This document shows, one piece after another, positions 33,223-46,790 of a stretch of DNA of 64,000 nucleotides (its first letter is position 1; each line of letters begins with the position of its first letter). The position numbers and the translations under genes were made by a program. This DNA comes from the human T2T-CHM13v2.0 reference genome, Homo sapiens. Below the pieces are notes generated by a model. The model worked only from the letters and a program-made list of their open reading frames with translations. It was not told the origin of the DNA and did no database searches. The DNA lies in the NCBI RefSeq assembly GCF_009914755.1, contig NC_060939.1; one strand, 5' to 3'.

Positions 33223-33300
33223 AAGGTTAAACTATATGAAATTGCCATATTAATAAGTCAAACACTGTTAAATGTAAGCAACTTTGTATGGTTTATCCTC
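33223..33300. mobile_element. MADE2 mariner MITE
   Basis: About 80-bp imperfect palindrome aggttaaactatatgaaattgcc...gcaactttgtatggtttatcct. Confidence 0.7.
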
Positions 33301-33338
33301 ATTACATAAATCATAACTATTATAAATAACAATAATAG

Positions 33339-34048
<710 letters not shown>

Positions 34049-34126
34049 TGTAGGAACTTAAAAAATATGTACCTGGCATATTGCTAAGCTCTCTTCACAC
34101 ATTTTATCTCATTCAGAGATGCATAT

Positions 34127-34554
34127 TCTAGTGGATATAGCAATGTTCCTTTCAGATTCCTCTTCAGAGCCCACACACTCATTCCCAGCTGCTGGGAATA
34201 TTGGCTACTTCCCTCACTGGGAATTGCCCTTGGCCACAAGTCACTGCTTCCACCAAGGTGATGCCCAGACCCCAAGGGTAGTCATTAGGCTGTGACTGGC
34301 TGACGTGAGGATATAAAGCCTGGGCCCCTTGCCTCAATTTGGGACCCTCTGAAGGGCCATGTGGCTCAGAGCTCCCTGTAGGATTGGCTCTTCCTGGTTG
34401 CAACCACATTGGGGGTCATCTTCTCCCTCTTCTCAGTCCTGCCCTCTCACTTACGTACAGGTGTATCTCCCAAAATTACTGCCTAAGAAACCTTCTGCAG
34501 ACAGAAACCATCTCCATCTCAGAGTCTGCTTCCAGGGAACCCAAACTTAGGACA
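34127..34554 (+). mobile_element. LTR16 family LTR (5' LTR of an ERV-L relic)
   Basis: Ends ctcagagtctgcttccagggaacccaaacttaggaca and is followed by the PBS-like tggtgtcaga. Confidence 0.75.
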
Positions 34555-34719
34555 GTTGGTGTCAGAGGGGTTCAAGGTGGCAGACTCTAAAGTGGGAGTT
34601 TGGAGAGGGATCACTTGCTAGTCAGCTCTCCATGAACTGGTATAGGAGTGGTAAGGATAGTCCCTGCCATGCTGTAACTGCATGATGGCTAAAACTTGCA
34701 TTTCTGGTGAACTGGGGCG

Positions 34720-35242
34720 TGATGGGATGCAGAAAATGCTGCTTCAAATAATAACACCTTGGAAATTGAGAAAATAGTAGAAACAGGAAGGCTACTCTCA
34801 CCTTCCCCTCTACCTTCTTCCCTGAAGCAAGGCCATAAAACTTAGGAAGGTGACAATCTGACCTTCTCCCACCCTTCTCTCCTGAAAACCCTCAGGTGAC
34901 AGGTGTCCTGCCCTATACCTTGAGGGAATGTCACACAAGAACGGACAAGAGTCTAAACAAAGAGGCCTTGTGAAGATCCCCCTCTGCAGTTTATCACTAT
35001 TAGATCATCTCCCCTTTGTCCCATTAGACTTCTGCAGGACTGTTCATTCTTCATCAAAGCCAAGCATAAGGATACACAGGTTTCCCTCTTTCTTTGAGTC
35101 TTCATTTCTGAAGGCTCCTGTGTCATGTAAAACTAATATTAAATACATATGTATGCTTTTCTCTTGTTAACCTGTCTTTTGCTACAGAGTCTCAGCCAAG
35201 AACCTAGCAATGAGTAGGAAGATAAATCTTTTCTCCCCTACA
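34720..35242 (+). mobile_element. MER39/MER34-like LTR nested in ERV-L internal region
   Basis: aaacaggaaggctactctcaccttcccc...aacctagcaatgagtagg...ttctcccctaca. Confidence 0.7.
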
Positions 35243-35714
35243 TATGGTATATGGGTGGAAGGGGTCACACTCATTGGTGTAGTATCTCTGGCAACTGGGG
35301 GCCGTAGTGACTATAAGGACTATGGAAATGAATGACCATTGCTGAGTCCATTTACTTGCTAAAGAGACTTAATGATAGCCTCAGAGTGAATAATCACCAA
35401 GGTAAAATGTTAAAGCCAGATGGCCTCCTGGGCAACTGTTAAGGAAATCCCTCCTGCAAAGGGAGGATCAGGCATAGGATTTAATGTTAAAAATAGCAGA
35501 GCTTTGGAGAAGGTTTGATTTTTCAGCCCTGACAGGCCTCCAATGCCAGGGTCAGAGCCATAATAGGTGAGGACTGGGAACCTGAGACTTGGGTTGGGGA
35601 TATATGAGTAGATGCAGTCAAGCACCTTGAATTCTCAGGTCCTTCTGAACCCACTGGGTTTGCAGAAGTGACACACTTCTTGTTGGCAAACAGTGGTGCC
35701 CCTTATTTGAAGAT

Positions 35715-36085
35715 TGCACTAGTCTGTTCTCACATTGCTATAAAGAACTACCCAAGACTGGGTAATTTACGAAGAAAAGAGGTTTAATTGGCTCACAGTT
35801 CCACAGGCTGTACAGGTCTGGGAGGCCTCAGGAAACTTACAATCATGGCAGAAGGTGAAGGGGAAGCTGGCATGTCCTACATGACTGGAGCAGGAAGAAG
35901 AAAAAGACGGGGGAGGTGCTACACACTGTCAACCAGAACTCGTGAGAACTCACTCACTATCATGAGAACAGTAAGGGGAAATCTGCCCCCATGATCAAAT
36001 CACCTCCCATTAGGCTCCTTCCCTAACACTGGGGATTACAATTCAACATGAGATTTGGGTGGGGATGCAGAGCCAAACTATATCA
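35715..36085 (-). mobile_element. MSTA MaLR LTR
   Basis: Typical MSTA sequence with 5-bp TSD AAGAT. Confidence 0.9.
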
Positions 36086-36528
36086 AAGATCATACAAGGT
36101 TTCCAGTGAGGCAGGTGCCCTACATGAGAATGCTTGTCCTCCTCAGAACCCAACTTTACTTCCTTCCTGGCGATCTAATAAAAGTTAAATCCCAGCTGTG
36201 CTGAGCATGCTAAGGGAGGAGAGGCACTATATGCTGCAGGAGCCACAGGATCTAGCTAATACATTTAAGCAAGCACTGTGCACAGAACAGGGTCCTGAGT
36301 AGGCTGGATCAAGAGGGGAGGAAGGTAAAGGTGGATAAGAGCAGGTGTTAATATGGGAGTACTCTCCATGATACAGAACTTAACACTCTGGCAAGGAACC
36401 CAGGGTAAGGGGGTGAACACACTTCAGAGATGGATTTTAGAAGCTTAGGAAAAGCAATGGTTCACACTAAGTAAAGTAGAAATATTAGAACTGCTGTGGC
36501 AGATAGGAGTTCAAGTCTTGGAGAAGTA

Positions 36529-36818
36529 GTCCAGGTATGGTGGCTCATGTCTGTAATCTCAGCACTTTGGGAGGCTGAGGTGGGAGGATCACTTGAGGAC
36601 AGGAGTTGGAGACCAGCCTGGCCAACATGGCAAAACCCGTCTCTACTAAAAAATACAAAAAAAAATTAGCCAGGTGGGGTGGCCTGTACCTGTAACCCCA
36701 ACTACTCAGGAGTTTGAGGCAAGAGAATCACTTGAACCTGGGCCAGATTGTGCCACTGCACTCCAGTCTGGGCAACAGAGTGAGACTCTATCTCAAAAAA
36801 AAAAAAAAAAAAGAAAAA
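36529..36818 (+). mobile_element. Alu (AluS/J-like)
   Basis: Dimer with A-tail. Confidence 0.93.
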
Positions 36819-38418
36819 GTAAAAGTCTCAGACAAGTGGGCCTGCTAGAGTGTTTGCAGCACATAAAGCCAGAAAACCCATCAGCCAACTCTGTTCTGTG
36901 GGAGGCCCTGGAGAACACTCTATTTACTGAAGCAATAAGGAATGAGTCTGTGGGAGCTAGAGGTGGCACCAGCTTCACTGACAGTAGGAGGTGCTATTAC
37001 AGAACTGGGCTCCCTGATGCCCATAGGTATGATAGAATCCCAAAATAACAGAGTTCAGGTGGTGGTGCTTGACCTTTAAACCAAGGTGACTGCAATTGCA
37101 ATGAACAGCAAAATTGGATCCTGACCCACAGAGCACTATGGAGATGGCTAATAGAACACAGTGTTCCTAGAAGCAAGATAGATGGGTGGCCAACAGTGCA
37201 TTGCTTAATTTAGACAGTCAAAAGAAATCAAGGATGGATGATCAGGGGGTTGAAAGCAGCCACCCCCAGTAATACATCATGATTTCTTATCCTGTTTCTG
37301 ACCTGAGCCGTTGACTAAAGGAGAGGTTAGGTCTCTGTGAGGAAGGATCTGTAACATCATGGCAAATGTGTTCAGTAGTAATGCCCCAGTCCTTTCCTAA
37401 AACAATCTATGGCCATTTACTGTGTATCACCATGAGAAAGGGGGAATTCTGAGGGCTTTGAAGGACTATTAGCCATGGGGTCTAACTCAACACTGATATC
37501 TGGTGACCCAAAGTGCTTTTATATCCCTCCCTCCCATCAGAATGAGGGAGTATGGGTTCCAGGTGACAACGAAGCCCTGATCCTGCTCTAATTCACAGTG
37601 AGTCCAGTTGGGTGCGTCCACCAACCCACTGTGGTCCTATCCCTGATTCCTGAACGCTTCGGAATGGACATACATGGTAGTTGGTAGAACCCTAGCATTG
37701 ATTCCTTGAGTCTCTAAAAGTGCCGACTCTCCTTTGCCATGATAGTAAATCAAATACAAGATTGTTTTTTATTCCAGGAGGAATGGCAGGAATTAGTTCC
37801 ACCTTCAAAGATTAAGGAAATACAGGGATGGTGGTTTTTGTTGTATCCCCATTTAATTCACCAATCTGGTCCCTACAAAAATTGCATAATCATGGCGACT
37901 GAGAGTACACTCCCACAAACTTAACCAAGTAGTATCCCTACTTGTGGTTGTTGTGCTACACACGGCATCTTCCTGGAGCGGATGAATACACCCTCCAGAT
38001 GCGGTACATGACCAATCATCTCCTTATTGCCTTCTTTTCTATCCCTATCAGAAAGGAGGATCAGAAGTAGCTCACATTCACACGGAGCAGACAATTAGAT
38101 ATATTTACATGTTGCCTCAGGGCCATGTTAATTTTGCTGCCTTTATCATAATGTCCAAAAGGACCTGGCCCATCTGGATTTTCCATGGAATATCTAATTA
38201 GTGCAGCATATCAATAACATCATGTTAATGAGACCAAATGAGCAAGAAATGACAAGTATATTAAAGACTGTGGCATGACACATTCACTCCAGAAGGTGGG
38301 AAATAACTCCTACCCAGATTTAGGGCCCAGACACATCACTGAAATGCATAAAGGTCTAGTGGTCTGGGCATAAAGGTAAAGGAGTGCTGGAGCTCTGAGG
38401 TAAAGAATGTAAAGAACA

Positions 38419-38513
38419 GGGCAACCCCCTCGGGTCCCCTTCCACGCTGTGGAAGCTTTGTTCTTTCACTCTCCACAATAAATCTTGCTGTTGCAAAACA
38501 AACAAACAAACAA
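38419..38513 (+). mobile_element. L1-type retrocopy of an LTR12 (ERV9) R-region RNA
   Basis: LTR12-like ggcaaccccctcgggtccccttccac...AATAAA(38477-38482)tcttgctgttgc, then an A/(CAAA)n tail. TSD aatgtaaagaaca at 38406-38418 and 38514-38526. Confidence 0.85.
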
Positions 38514-38629
38514 AATGTAAAGAACAAATGGTGAGCCATCACATTTGTACATCAGTACAAGGATGGCATGAAATTTTCCTCCACAGCTGCAGCTGATACC
38601 ACAGGGAGGCTGAGGGGATGTGATACAGG

Positions 38630-38790
38630 GCACTTGAAGTGTCTACTCTACCCCATTTTACAGATGAGAAACTAAGTCTCTGAGAGGTTAAATTGCTCAA
38701 AAACACAGTGCTGGCAAGTGGTCGATCTAAGGTTAAAATCCGGATCTGTCTGACTTGAAAGCCCATGTTCTTTAATACCTATATTGTACA
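38630..38790 (-). mobile_element. MIR
   Basis: ccccattttacagatgagaaactaag...gaggttaaattgctcaa. Confidence 0.75.
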
Positions 38791-38828
38791 GATAAGGAGG
38801 CTGGGAACAGAGAGATTAAGTGGCCTCT

Positions 38829-39240
38829 TGTTGCATCTTGGACTTCCTGGGAGGTAGATTCTGAGACAGATTGTCATGCAGGAAGTGTATTGGGAAGTGT
38901 TCCCAGGATCAACACCCTGAGGGGGAGTGGAGAAGGCAGGACTGGGCAGAGGGAGAGGCTGGGCTGTGATGCTATCACTATACCTCTGGAGTGCTCTGCA
39001 GAGGTGTCCCCTGTTGGCAGCAGGGGGCGGAGCCTTGATATTCCTGCACAGAGGCAGTCCTTGGGCTGCCCCAGGAAGAGGACATCACCTTGAGAGAGAA
39101 GCTCCTCTTCAGCCAAGGGCAGTTCCCCTGGGAGACTCTGCCTACCACTGTCAGCCTTTGATACTTCCGGCTGCTGGGGGGAATGACTGCTTCAGGCCTG
39201 GTAGAGGGGATCTGGGGTGATGTACCCCAGCATCCACTAT
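38829..39240 (-). mobile_element. LTR16 family solo LTR
   Basis: agattctgagacag...gcaggactgggcagagggagag...cagcatccacta. Confidence 0.7.
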
Positions 39241-40217
39241 CCCTCTTTAGGGTCCTTCAGCTAGTGGGCAACACAAAAGTAGGTCCTCTGACTCTAAAAC
39301 TAACATAGTCCTGCTTTTCCAGCTCCATAATAGGTCCACTATCTCCGAGTGAACAACCAAGACTATGGGATCATTGATTGGAAAAGAACTGTAATCCACT
39401 CAAACTTGATCAAATTAGAAGGAGAGAGTGTTGGTAATAGGAATCTTAGCTGAGGAGAGGGAAAAGATTTCATTCATTCAAAAATATGTATTGAGTGATT
39501 ACCATACACCAAGCTCCATTCTCAGTGTTGGGGAGACAACAAGAATAATCAAAGCTCCTGCTCATGCAGAACCCTTTCTAATGGAGAAGGTGTCGGGGAA
39601 GGCCCAGTCCTCCTGGAGACCAGGAACAACCTGCCTCCTTAAGAGATGGAGGAGCCAAATCTGTGTCTCATCTTTTCGTAAATGTCTGTAGGAGAATAAT
39701 ACTGAGTTAATTTCTCATCTGTTTATCTGCCATATACAAGTAAATGCATAGGGAAAGGTTGGTAACAGTTGTTACCTCTGGGGTGGGAGTAAAATGGATG
39801 GAACACGGGAGTAAAGGAGAGCTTGACTTTTCTCTCTCTCTTTGCTGCCCCTCCTTTCTTTTCGCTAGTTCCTCATTTTGCTAGTGTACCCAGGTTCTAA
39901 CTACTGCGTATAAAGGCAGTGTCAGAGACGGCCCCTGCTTTCTTCCCAGCTCTAGTTTCAGGCCTGAAACGGCAGCTGGAATTTCCCTGCCCTGTCTCCT
40001 CTTTTCTTCCTCTCTAGAGACTCCTCTTGCTGTCAGCTGAGAAGGGGGAAGCAGTCACCTGGAGATTCTGTAAAATAGGCCACACATTTGGGAGATTTGG
40101 GAAAATAGAAGAGAGTCATTTTGCAGGCTTTAGTCCTTTATATATTTCTGCATTACTTGAATGTTTCATAGCAAGTGTGATTTGTGCATTATACATTTAG
40201 CTGTTGCTGTTGTGGAG

Positions 40218-40591
<374 letters not shown>

Positions 40592-40620
40592 TGACAAACC
40601 AGGCCTGGCTCGAGACTTTC

Positions 40621-41666
40621 TTTTTTTTTATTTATGTATTTTTTAATTATACTTTAAGTTCTAGGGTACATGTGCACAACGTGCAGGTTTGTTACATATG
40701 TATACATGTGCCATGTTGGTGTGCTGCACCCATTAACTCGTCATTTACATTAGGTATATCTCCTTACGCTATCCCTCCCCTTTCCCCCCACCCCACGACA
40801 GGCCCCGGGGTGTGATGTTCCCTACCCCGTATCCAAGTGTTCTCATTGTTCAATTCCCACCTATGAGTGAGAACATGGAGTGTTTGGTTTTCTGTCCTTG
40901 TGATAGTTTGCTGAGAATGATGGTTTCCAGCTTCATCCATGTCCCTACAAAGGACATGAACTCATCCTTTTTTTATGGCTGTATAGTATTCCATGGTGTA
41001 TATGTGTTACTTTTTCTTAATCCAGTCTATCATTGCTGGACATTTGGGTTGGTTCCAAGTCTTTGCTATTGTGAATAGTGCCGCAATAAACATACGTGTA
41101 CATGTGTCTTTATAACAGCATGATTTATAATCCTTTGGGTATGTACCCAGTAATGGGATGGCTGGGTCAAATGGTATTTCTAGTTCTAGATCCTTGAGGA
41201 ATCGCCACACTGTCTTCCACAATGGTTGAACTAGTTTACAGTCCCACCAACAGTGTAAAAGTGTTCCTATTTCTCCACATCCTCTCCAGCACCTGTTGTT
41301 TCCTGACTTTAATGATCACCATTCTAACTGGTATGAGACAGTATCTCATTGTGGTTTTGATTTGCATTTCTCTGATGGCCAATGATGATGAACATTTTTT
41401 CATGTGTCTGTTGGCTGTATAAATGTCTTCTTTTGAGAAGTGTCTGTTCATATCCTTCGCCCACTTTTTGATGGGGTTGTTTGATTTTTTTTCTTGTAAA
41501 TTTGTTGAAGTTCTTTGTAGATTCTGGATATTAGCCCTTTGTCAGATGGGTAGATTGTAAAAATCTTCTCCCATTCTGTAGGTTGCCTGTTCACTGTGAT
41601 GGTAGTTTCTTTTGCTGTACAGAAGCCCTTTAGTTTAATTAGATCCCATTTGTCAGTTTTGGCTTT
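40621..41666 (-). mobile_element. 5'-truncated young primate L1 (L1PA4/5-like), about 1 kb
   Basis: Antisense L1PA 3' UTR plus ORF2p C-terminus (LELEIPFDPAIPLLG; [11 protein letters not shown]); TSD cgagactttc/cgggactttc. Confidence 0.95.
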
Positions 41667-41819
41667 CGGGACTTTCTATGGTAAAGACCTCTAGGCCTAG
41701 CACCTGCTTGTGGCGAAATTGTGAAAGTGGTCAGGCTACCTCTGGGAACCTTTTGTGGCCATACCCCATCCTGTTCTCCTGAATGGTTCTAATTCTGATT
41801 GTGGGTTATCCCACAGAGG

Positions 41820-42573
41820 TGAGGACTAAGCTCTGATTTTTTGATCTTGCCCAAATTCTTATCTAAGGGGTCTGGGGAATCATGCCCTACAAACCATACA
41901 TTCTTATCAGATGAGTTTTATTTAACCCTGTATATCATGACTGACTTTCCAATCTGACTCTCATATAACAAGAAAGAAAATCAAAATATTTAACCCTAAA
42001 TATGTTTCCTAGCCATTTCTTGAAATTGCCCTGCAAAGTCTCTTGTGGGAAAAATCCACATTCTATAAAGAATCTCTTTTCCCCTTTGTTTTCCTTCCTT
42101 CCTTTCCAGATCCAGGAGATAATCAGCTAGAACCAGACACCCTTTTAGGTCTGATAAGAAACATTTTACAACTTGCTCTCTCTGAAGTCTGCTATCTGAG
42201 AGCTTCCTCTATACAATAAAACTTGGTTTCCGCAATCCTTTATTTTAACCTGAACATTTCCTTTCTATTGATCCCAGATCTTCAGATAAACTCAACCAAT
42301 TGTCAACCAGAAAATGTTTACATTTACCTATAGCCTGGAAGCCCCCACCTTGACTTGTCCCTCCTTTCTGAACCAAACCAATGTATTTCTTAAATGTATT
42401 TGATTGATGTTTCATATCTCCCTAAAATATATAAAACCAAGCTCTACCCTGACCACCTTGGGCACATGTTCTCAGGACCTCTTGAGGGTTGTGTGACGGG
42501 CCATGGTCACACATATTTGGCTCAGAATAAATCTCTAAAAATGCTTTACAGAGTTTGACTCTTTTTGTCAACA
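41820..42573 (+). mobile_element. MER4 (D/E-type) solo LTR (ERV1)
   Basis: tgaggactaagctctgattttt...gagtttgactctttttgtcaaca with perfect TSD GAGG. Confidence 0.88.
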
Positions 42574-42829
42574 GAGGACAAGTGTGTCTCCAGGTAGGCT
42601 TTCTTCCCTTGGGCTTTTGAACTTCACAGTGGACCTTCTTGCTTGGGGTGAGAGGCCTGTGTCCTGAGGAAGGAACATGCAGCAGCAGCTGGTGACGCTG
42701 GTGATTTGGTGATGGCACATTCTCCCTAGAGATGACCCGTGAGTCCCCTGGGGAGAGCGAGGCTGGCTTTGGAGAAAAGTCATGGGATCCATAGTGGATA
42801 GGCATGAACTGCTCTTGCTCAGCACTCAA

Positions 42830-43253
42830 TGGCCACTTTTCTGGTGACAGCACTACAATTTTGCTTTAGTGATTGACCTGTCTTGCATTTAATACAGCCT
42901 TGGTAAGATTGCCATTCAAGGGACCCCACTACCCTGGGCCAGGAAATGGGCCATGTGACCTAAATTAGGTCAATCAGATGCTGTCTTCTAGGAACTTGAA
43001 TTTTGAGGGACTGATACAAAAACAGAAAATGTTTGGGGCCAATTCATCCTAATTCTGGCAGTCCAAGGCAACAGACCACTGGTTGCTGCTTTCCAGATTC
43101 CTCAAACTGCCCTCCTGCCTGTCCTTCTGGAGCATGGGGCTTCAGCTTTTCCTTCATCTTTCTGTTGCCTCACTCTTCCAATAAAGAACTTTCAAAGTAA
43201 GTTACCCAGAATCGATTTCTGTTGCTTACTACCTAAGACCCCTGACTAATACA
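42830..43253 (+). mobile_element. MLT1 (K/L-like) MaLR LTR
   Basis: ttccaataaa...atttctgttgcttactacctaagaccctgactaataca. Confidence 0.6.
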
Positions 43254-44095
43254 GCATCCATACCATCTAGGCCTTTGAAGACCTATCACCTCCCCAAAAA
43301 GCTCAGGCTTTTCAGGTGTGCTGTGTATGTTTCATGGTGTTTTATGTATGCTGTGGATATGGAGTGGTCAGGGGATGAGCAGGGCAGGTTGGGTGTTAGG
43401 GACTAAGAGAGATGTCAGTGTCAGCCAGGTTCATATCCCACATTCCTGAGCCATGCTGTCAGACTGGGAGGTGCAACACCCACGGGAGGGGTCCAGGGCT
43501 GAGTATAGGCAGAGCATGAAACCACAGACTGAACACACTACGTTTTCTGGAGGTGCCAATTTGAAGATTTTATGGCAGGTGGGGAGACACAGGTTTTTTT
43601 TTTTTAATTTAAAATTGAATATGTATATATTTTGGCATAGAATACAAGAATCTGTGGGAATTTTTATGAGAACACAAGCATGCACTAAGAAATTTCCATC
43701 TGGCAGAAAGTCAATTCCATATACGTATCTAGACCTCTTGGCAGTACACATTTGCTCTGCAACTATAAAGGGTTCTTTGGTGGAAATTTAGAGAAACACA
43801 GACCTATGGTATTGAGAGCTTCAACTAAACCACAGACTGTTCTAATGTAGGTGCCTCCTCTGTCTGCCCTCAGATTCCTTTTAGGGTTGGACTAGAAGTG
43901 GGGCCTCTCAGTCCTGTTAGCTTTGATATCTTTTCACAGACCCTAGTTACTGCTACTCTCATGTACAACCTTGTTAAAAATCATTCACCAAGGAAAGACA
44001 TCCCCTATCTCTGTGGGTAAATGCAAGAAACTTAAAATCAGGGAAGTGGTTCTCATGATGGAGGAGAAGGAAGTCAGTAAAGAAAACTTGATCTC

Positions 44096-44462
<367 letters not shown>

Positions 44463-44548
44463 CTATTATGTGCTAGGTATTTGTAATGTTTCATCATTAT
44501 AACCCCAAGCCAAAGATGGTATTATAATATCATGGTATGGATGATGAT

Positions 44549-44914
44549 TGTTATGAGCTGAACACTTTTCATCTCCCCAAATTTTATGTGTAGAAATCTT
44601 AACCCCCAATGTGATGATATTAGGAAGTGGGGACTTTGGGAGATGATTAGGTCATGAGGGTAAAGCCCTCATGAATGGGATTAGTTCCCTTATAAAAGGG
44701 ATCCCCAAAGAGCTCTCTGGATCTCTTTCTGCCACGTATGGATATAAGAGGTTGGCAGTCTGCAACCCTGAAGAGAGCCCTCACCAGAACCCAACAATGC
44801 TGGTACCCTGATTTCAGACTTCTGTTCTCCAGAACTGTGAGAAATAAATCCCTATTGTTGATAAGCCACGCAGCTTATTGTGCTTTGTGACAGCAGCCTG
44901 AATTGACTAACACA
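44549..44914 (+). mobile_element. MLT1A-like MaLR LTR
   Basis: TG...CA termini with 5-bp TSD ATGAT. Confidence 0.85.
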
Positions 44915-46456
44915 ATGATCCCAGGGCCCAGTGAGGTTGAATAACTCACCCAAAGTCACACAGGTATTTAGGCCACTTATTGTAGACATCATTCTTGTTC
45001 CAGGTCCCCTTTTGAGATTGCTCTCCTGACCTGAATACAGAATAAATCAGATCCACAAGACTCTAGTCCGAATAGGTTTATTGTCTGTGTCCCTTGTCCT
45101 AATGGGGAGGCCTCTGCTCACCAAGAGTGTCCTGACCACCTGGGGCTAGGGGTGCTGGAGAGGAGCACAGAGAGGAGGAAGGGCCTGAAGATGATTTCCC
45201 CAACAACTCTGTACTGTGGGGGTTAAGAGTGTGGGCTCTGAGGGTAAACAGAGCTGGATTTGAAGCCCACTCTCCTCCTACTCATGGTATAGATAAGAGG
45301 GAAGGAGGGGGTAGAGTGGGAGGGAAACCACCAACCCCAGCAAGCCACAGACTCCAGGAGGCCACCATTGGGTCCCGAACCATGCTCCTATTGTCTTTAC
45401 AAAGGGGAATGGCAGCTGCTCCACCTCCCACAACATCCAATCAGGCATCCTGCAGACGGTGGCAAATCACAGAGAAGCAATGGCAAAGGGGCTGTGGATG
45501 GGCCTGACTGTCTGGACATGGCCAAATCTGCTGCCCAGCCACTTGCTCTTGTGACTTCATCCTGACCTGAAGTGTCTGCCTACAGGTGCTCCTGCCTCTC
45601 CCCTGGCCCAGCAAGGACCGCAGGATGCCCTTCCTTAACTCCTGGGTAGGAGCCCACAGTGGTGACTGATCCACGTGAGGTCCCTTAGGTGGTAAAAGCG
45701 TCTCCACCCCCAGCCTTCCCGGGACGTCCTGTGCAGCAGGAGTTGATAACGCTGTGTACAGGCTGATGGGGGTAGACACGCTCTTGTTGCCAGGCCCTGG
45801 ACGCTCTGAACCCCAGCCTGGGCTCCTGGCCTTAATGGGGCAGGGAGGGGACCATCGGGGCACAGAGCCAGGGATCCTGTTACTCTCTACATAGAGGTGC
45901 CAAGTAGGCTACTTCAAGTTTTCTTTTTTAAAAAAACTTTCTTTCCATTCTATGACTCTTTAAGGGAAGAAATTCCATTGTGCACTGTAACACTGAGGAC
46001 TTTTACACCAGAGAGTCTCACGGGGAATATTCAGGCCTTGGAGAAACCACTAGAGTTTCTGTTGCTGGAGGACAGGGGCCCTGTCTTAGATTCTCTTGCT
46101 CAGGCCTGGAAAGATACTTAGGGATGGTCTAGTTCAGTCTGAGTCAGTGTGAGCCTGGCCTCATCCCAGACAGACAACCATCTCCCTACAAACAGCACCA
46201 TGATGCCTTGTTGAGTTCATGGTCCCGCCTGCTCCAAGGCACTGCTGGATGATCAAAATAAAGGTCCTTCCTCTTACGTGCTGTGAGTCTTTAAGGGGGT
46301 GAAGAAGTCAAGCACTGAGTGGGAAGTACACCTAGAGGCGCAGTGTCCACTGGGCTGCATGTCAAAGTCTGTCATGTGTCTCCTGGGTGACGCTTAACAA
46401 ATTGCTTAGCCTCTCTGGGCCTCTGATGGCTCATCTAGTGTTAATAAGATAATAAG

Positions 46457-46790
46457 CCAGGCGTGGTGGCTCACACCTGTAATCCCAGCAATTTGGGAGG
46501 CTGAGGCAGAATGATTGCTTAAAGCCAGCAGTTCAAGACCAGCCTGGGCAACATAGGGAGACCCCATTTCTTTTTTTTTTTTTTTTTGGGAGACCCCATT
46601 TCTACAAAACTTTTTTAAAAAAATTAGCCAGATGTGGGGGTGCATGCCTGTAGTCCTAGGTACTCAGGAGGCTGAGGTGGGAGGATGGATTGAGCCCAGG
46701 AGATCGAGGCTGCAGTGAGTTGTGATTGTACCACTACTACACTCTGGCCTGGGTGACAGAGTGAGACCCTGTCTCTAAAATAATAACAAT
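46457..46790 (+). mobile_element. Alu (AluJ-like) with internal poly(T) insertion
   Basis: Dimer; see the finding at 46556-46603. Confidence 0.93.

Larger units (their letters stand above)
34555..38545 (+). mobile_element. Decayed ERV-L internal region (HERV16/ERV3-16A3-like: gag, protease, RT)
   Basis: tRNA-Leu PBS-like TGGTGTCAGA at 34557-34566; protease-like FEGLLAMGSNSTLISGDPK at about 37457-37513; RT motifs SPFNSPIW, KLNQVV, AFFSIP, LPQG and HINN (degenerate YIDD). Confidence 0.8.

Noticed and set aside
34127-39240. Two LTR16-type LTRs as the paired ends of one provirus
   Set aside because: They are in opposite orientation and separated from the internal region by a MIR, so the second is an independent solo LTR.
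41007-41451. ORFs resembling L1 ORF2p C-terminus
   Set aside because: They belong to a 1-kb 5'-truncated L1 with no promoter, EN or RT, so it is not an active element or gene.
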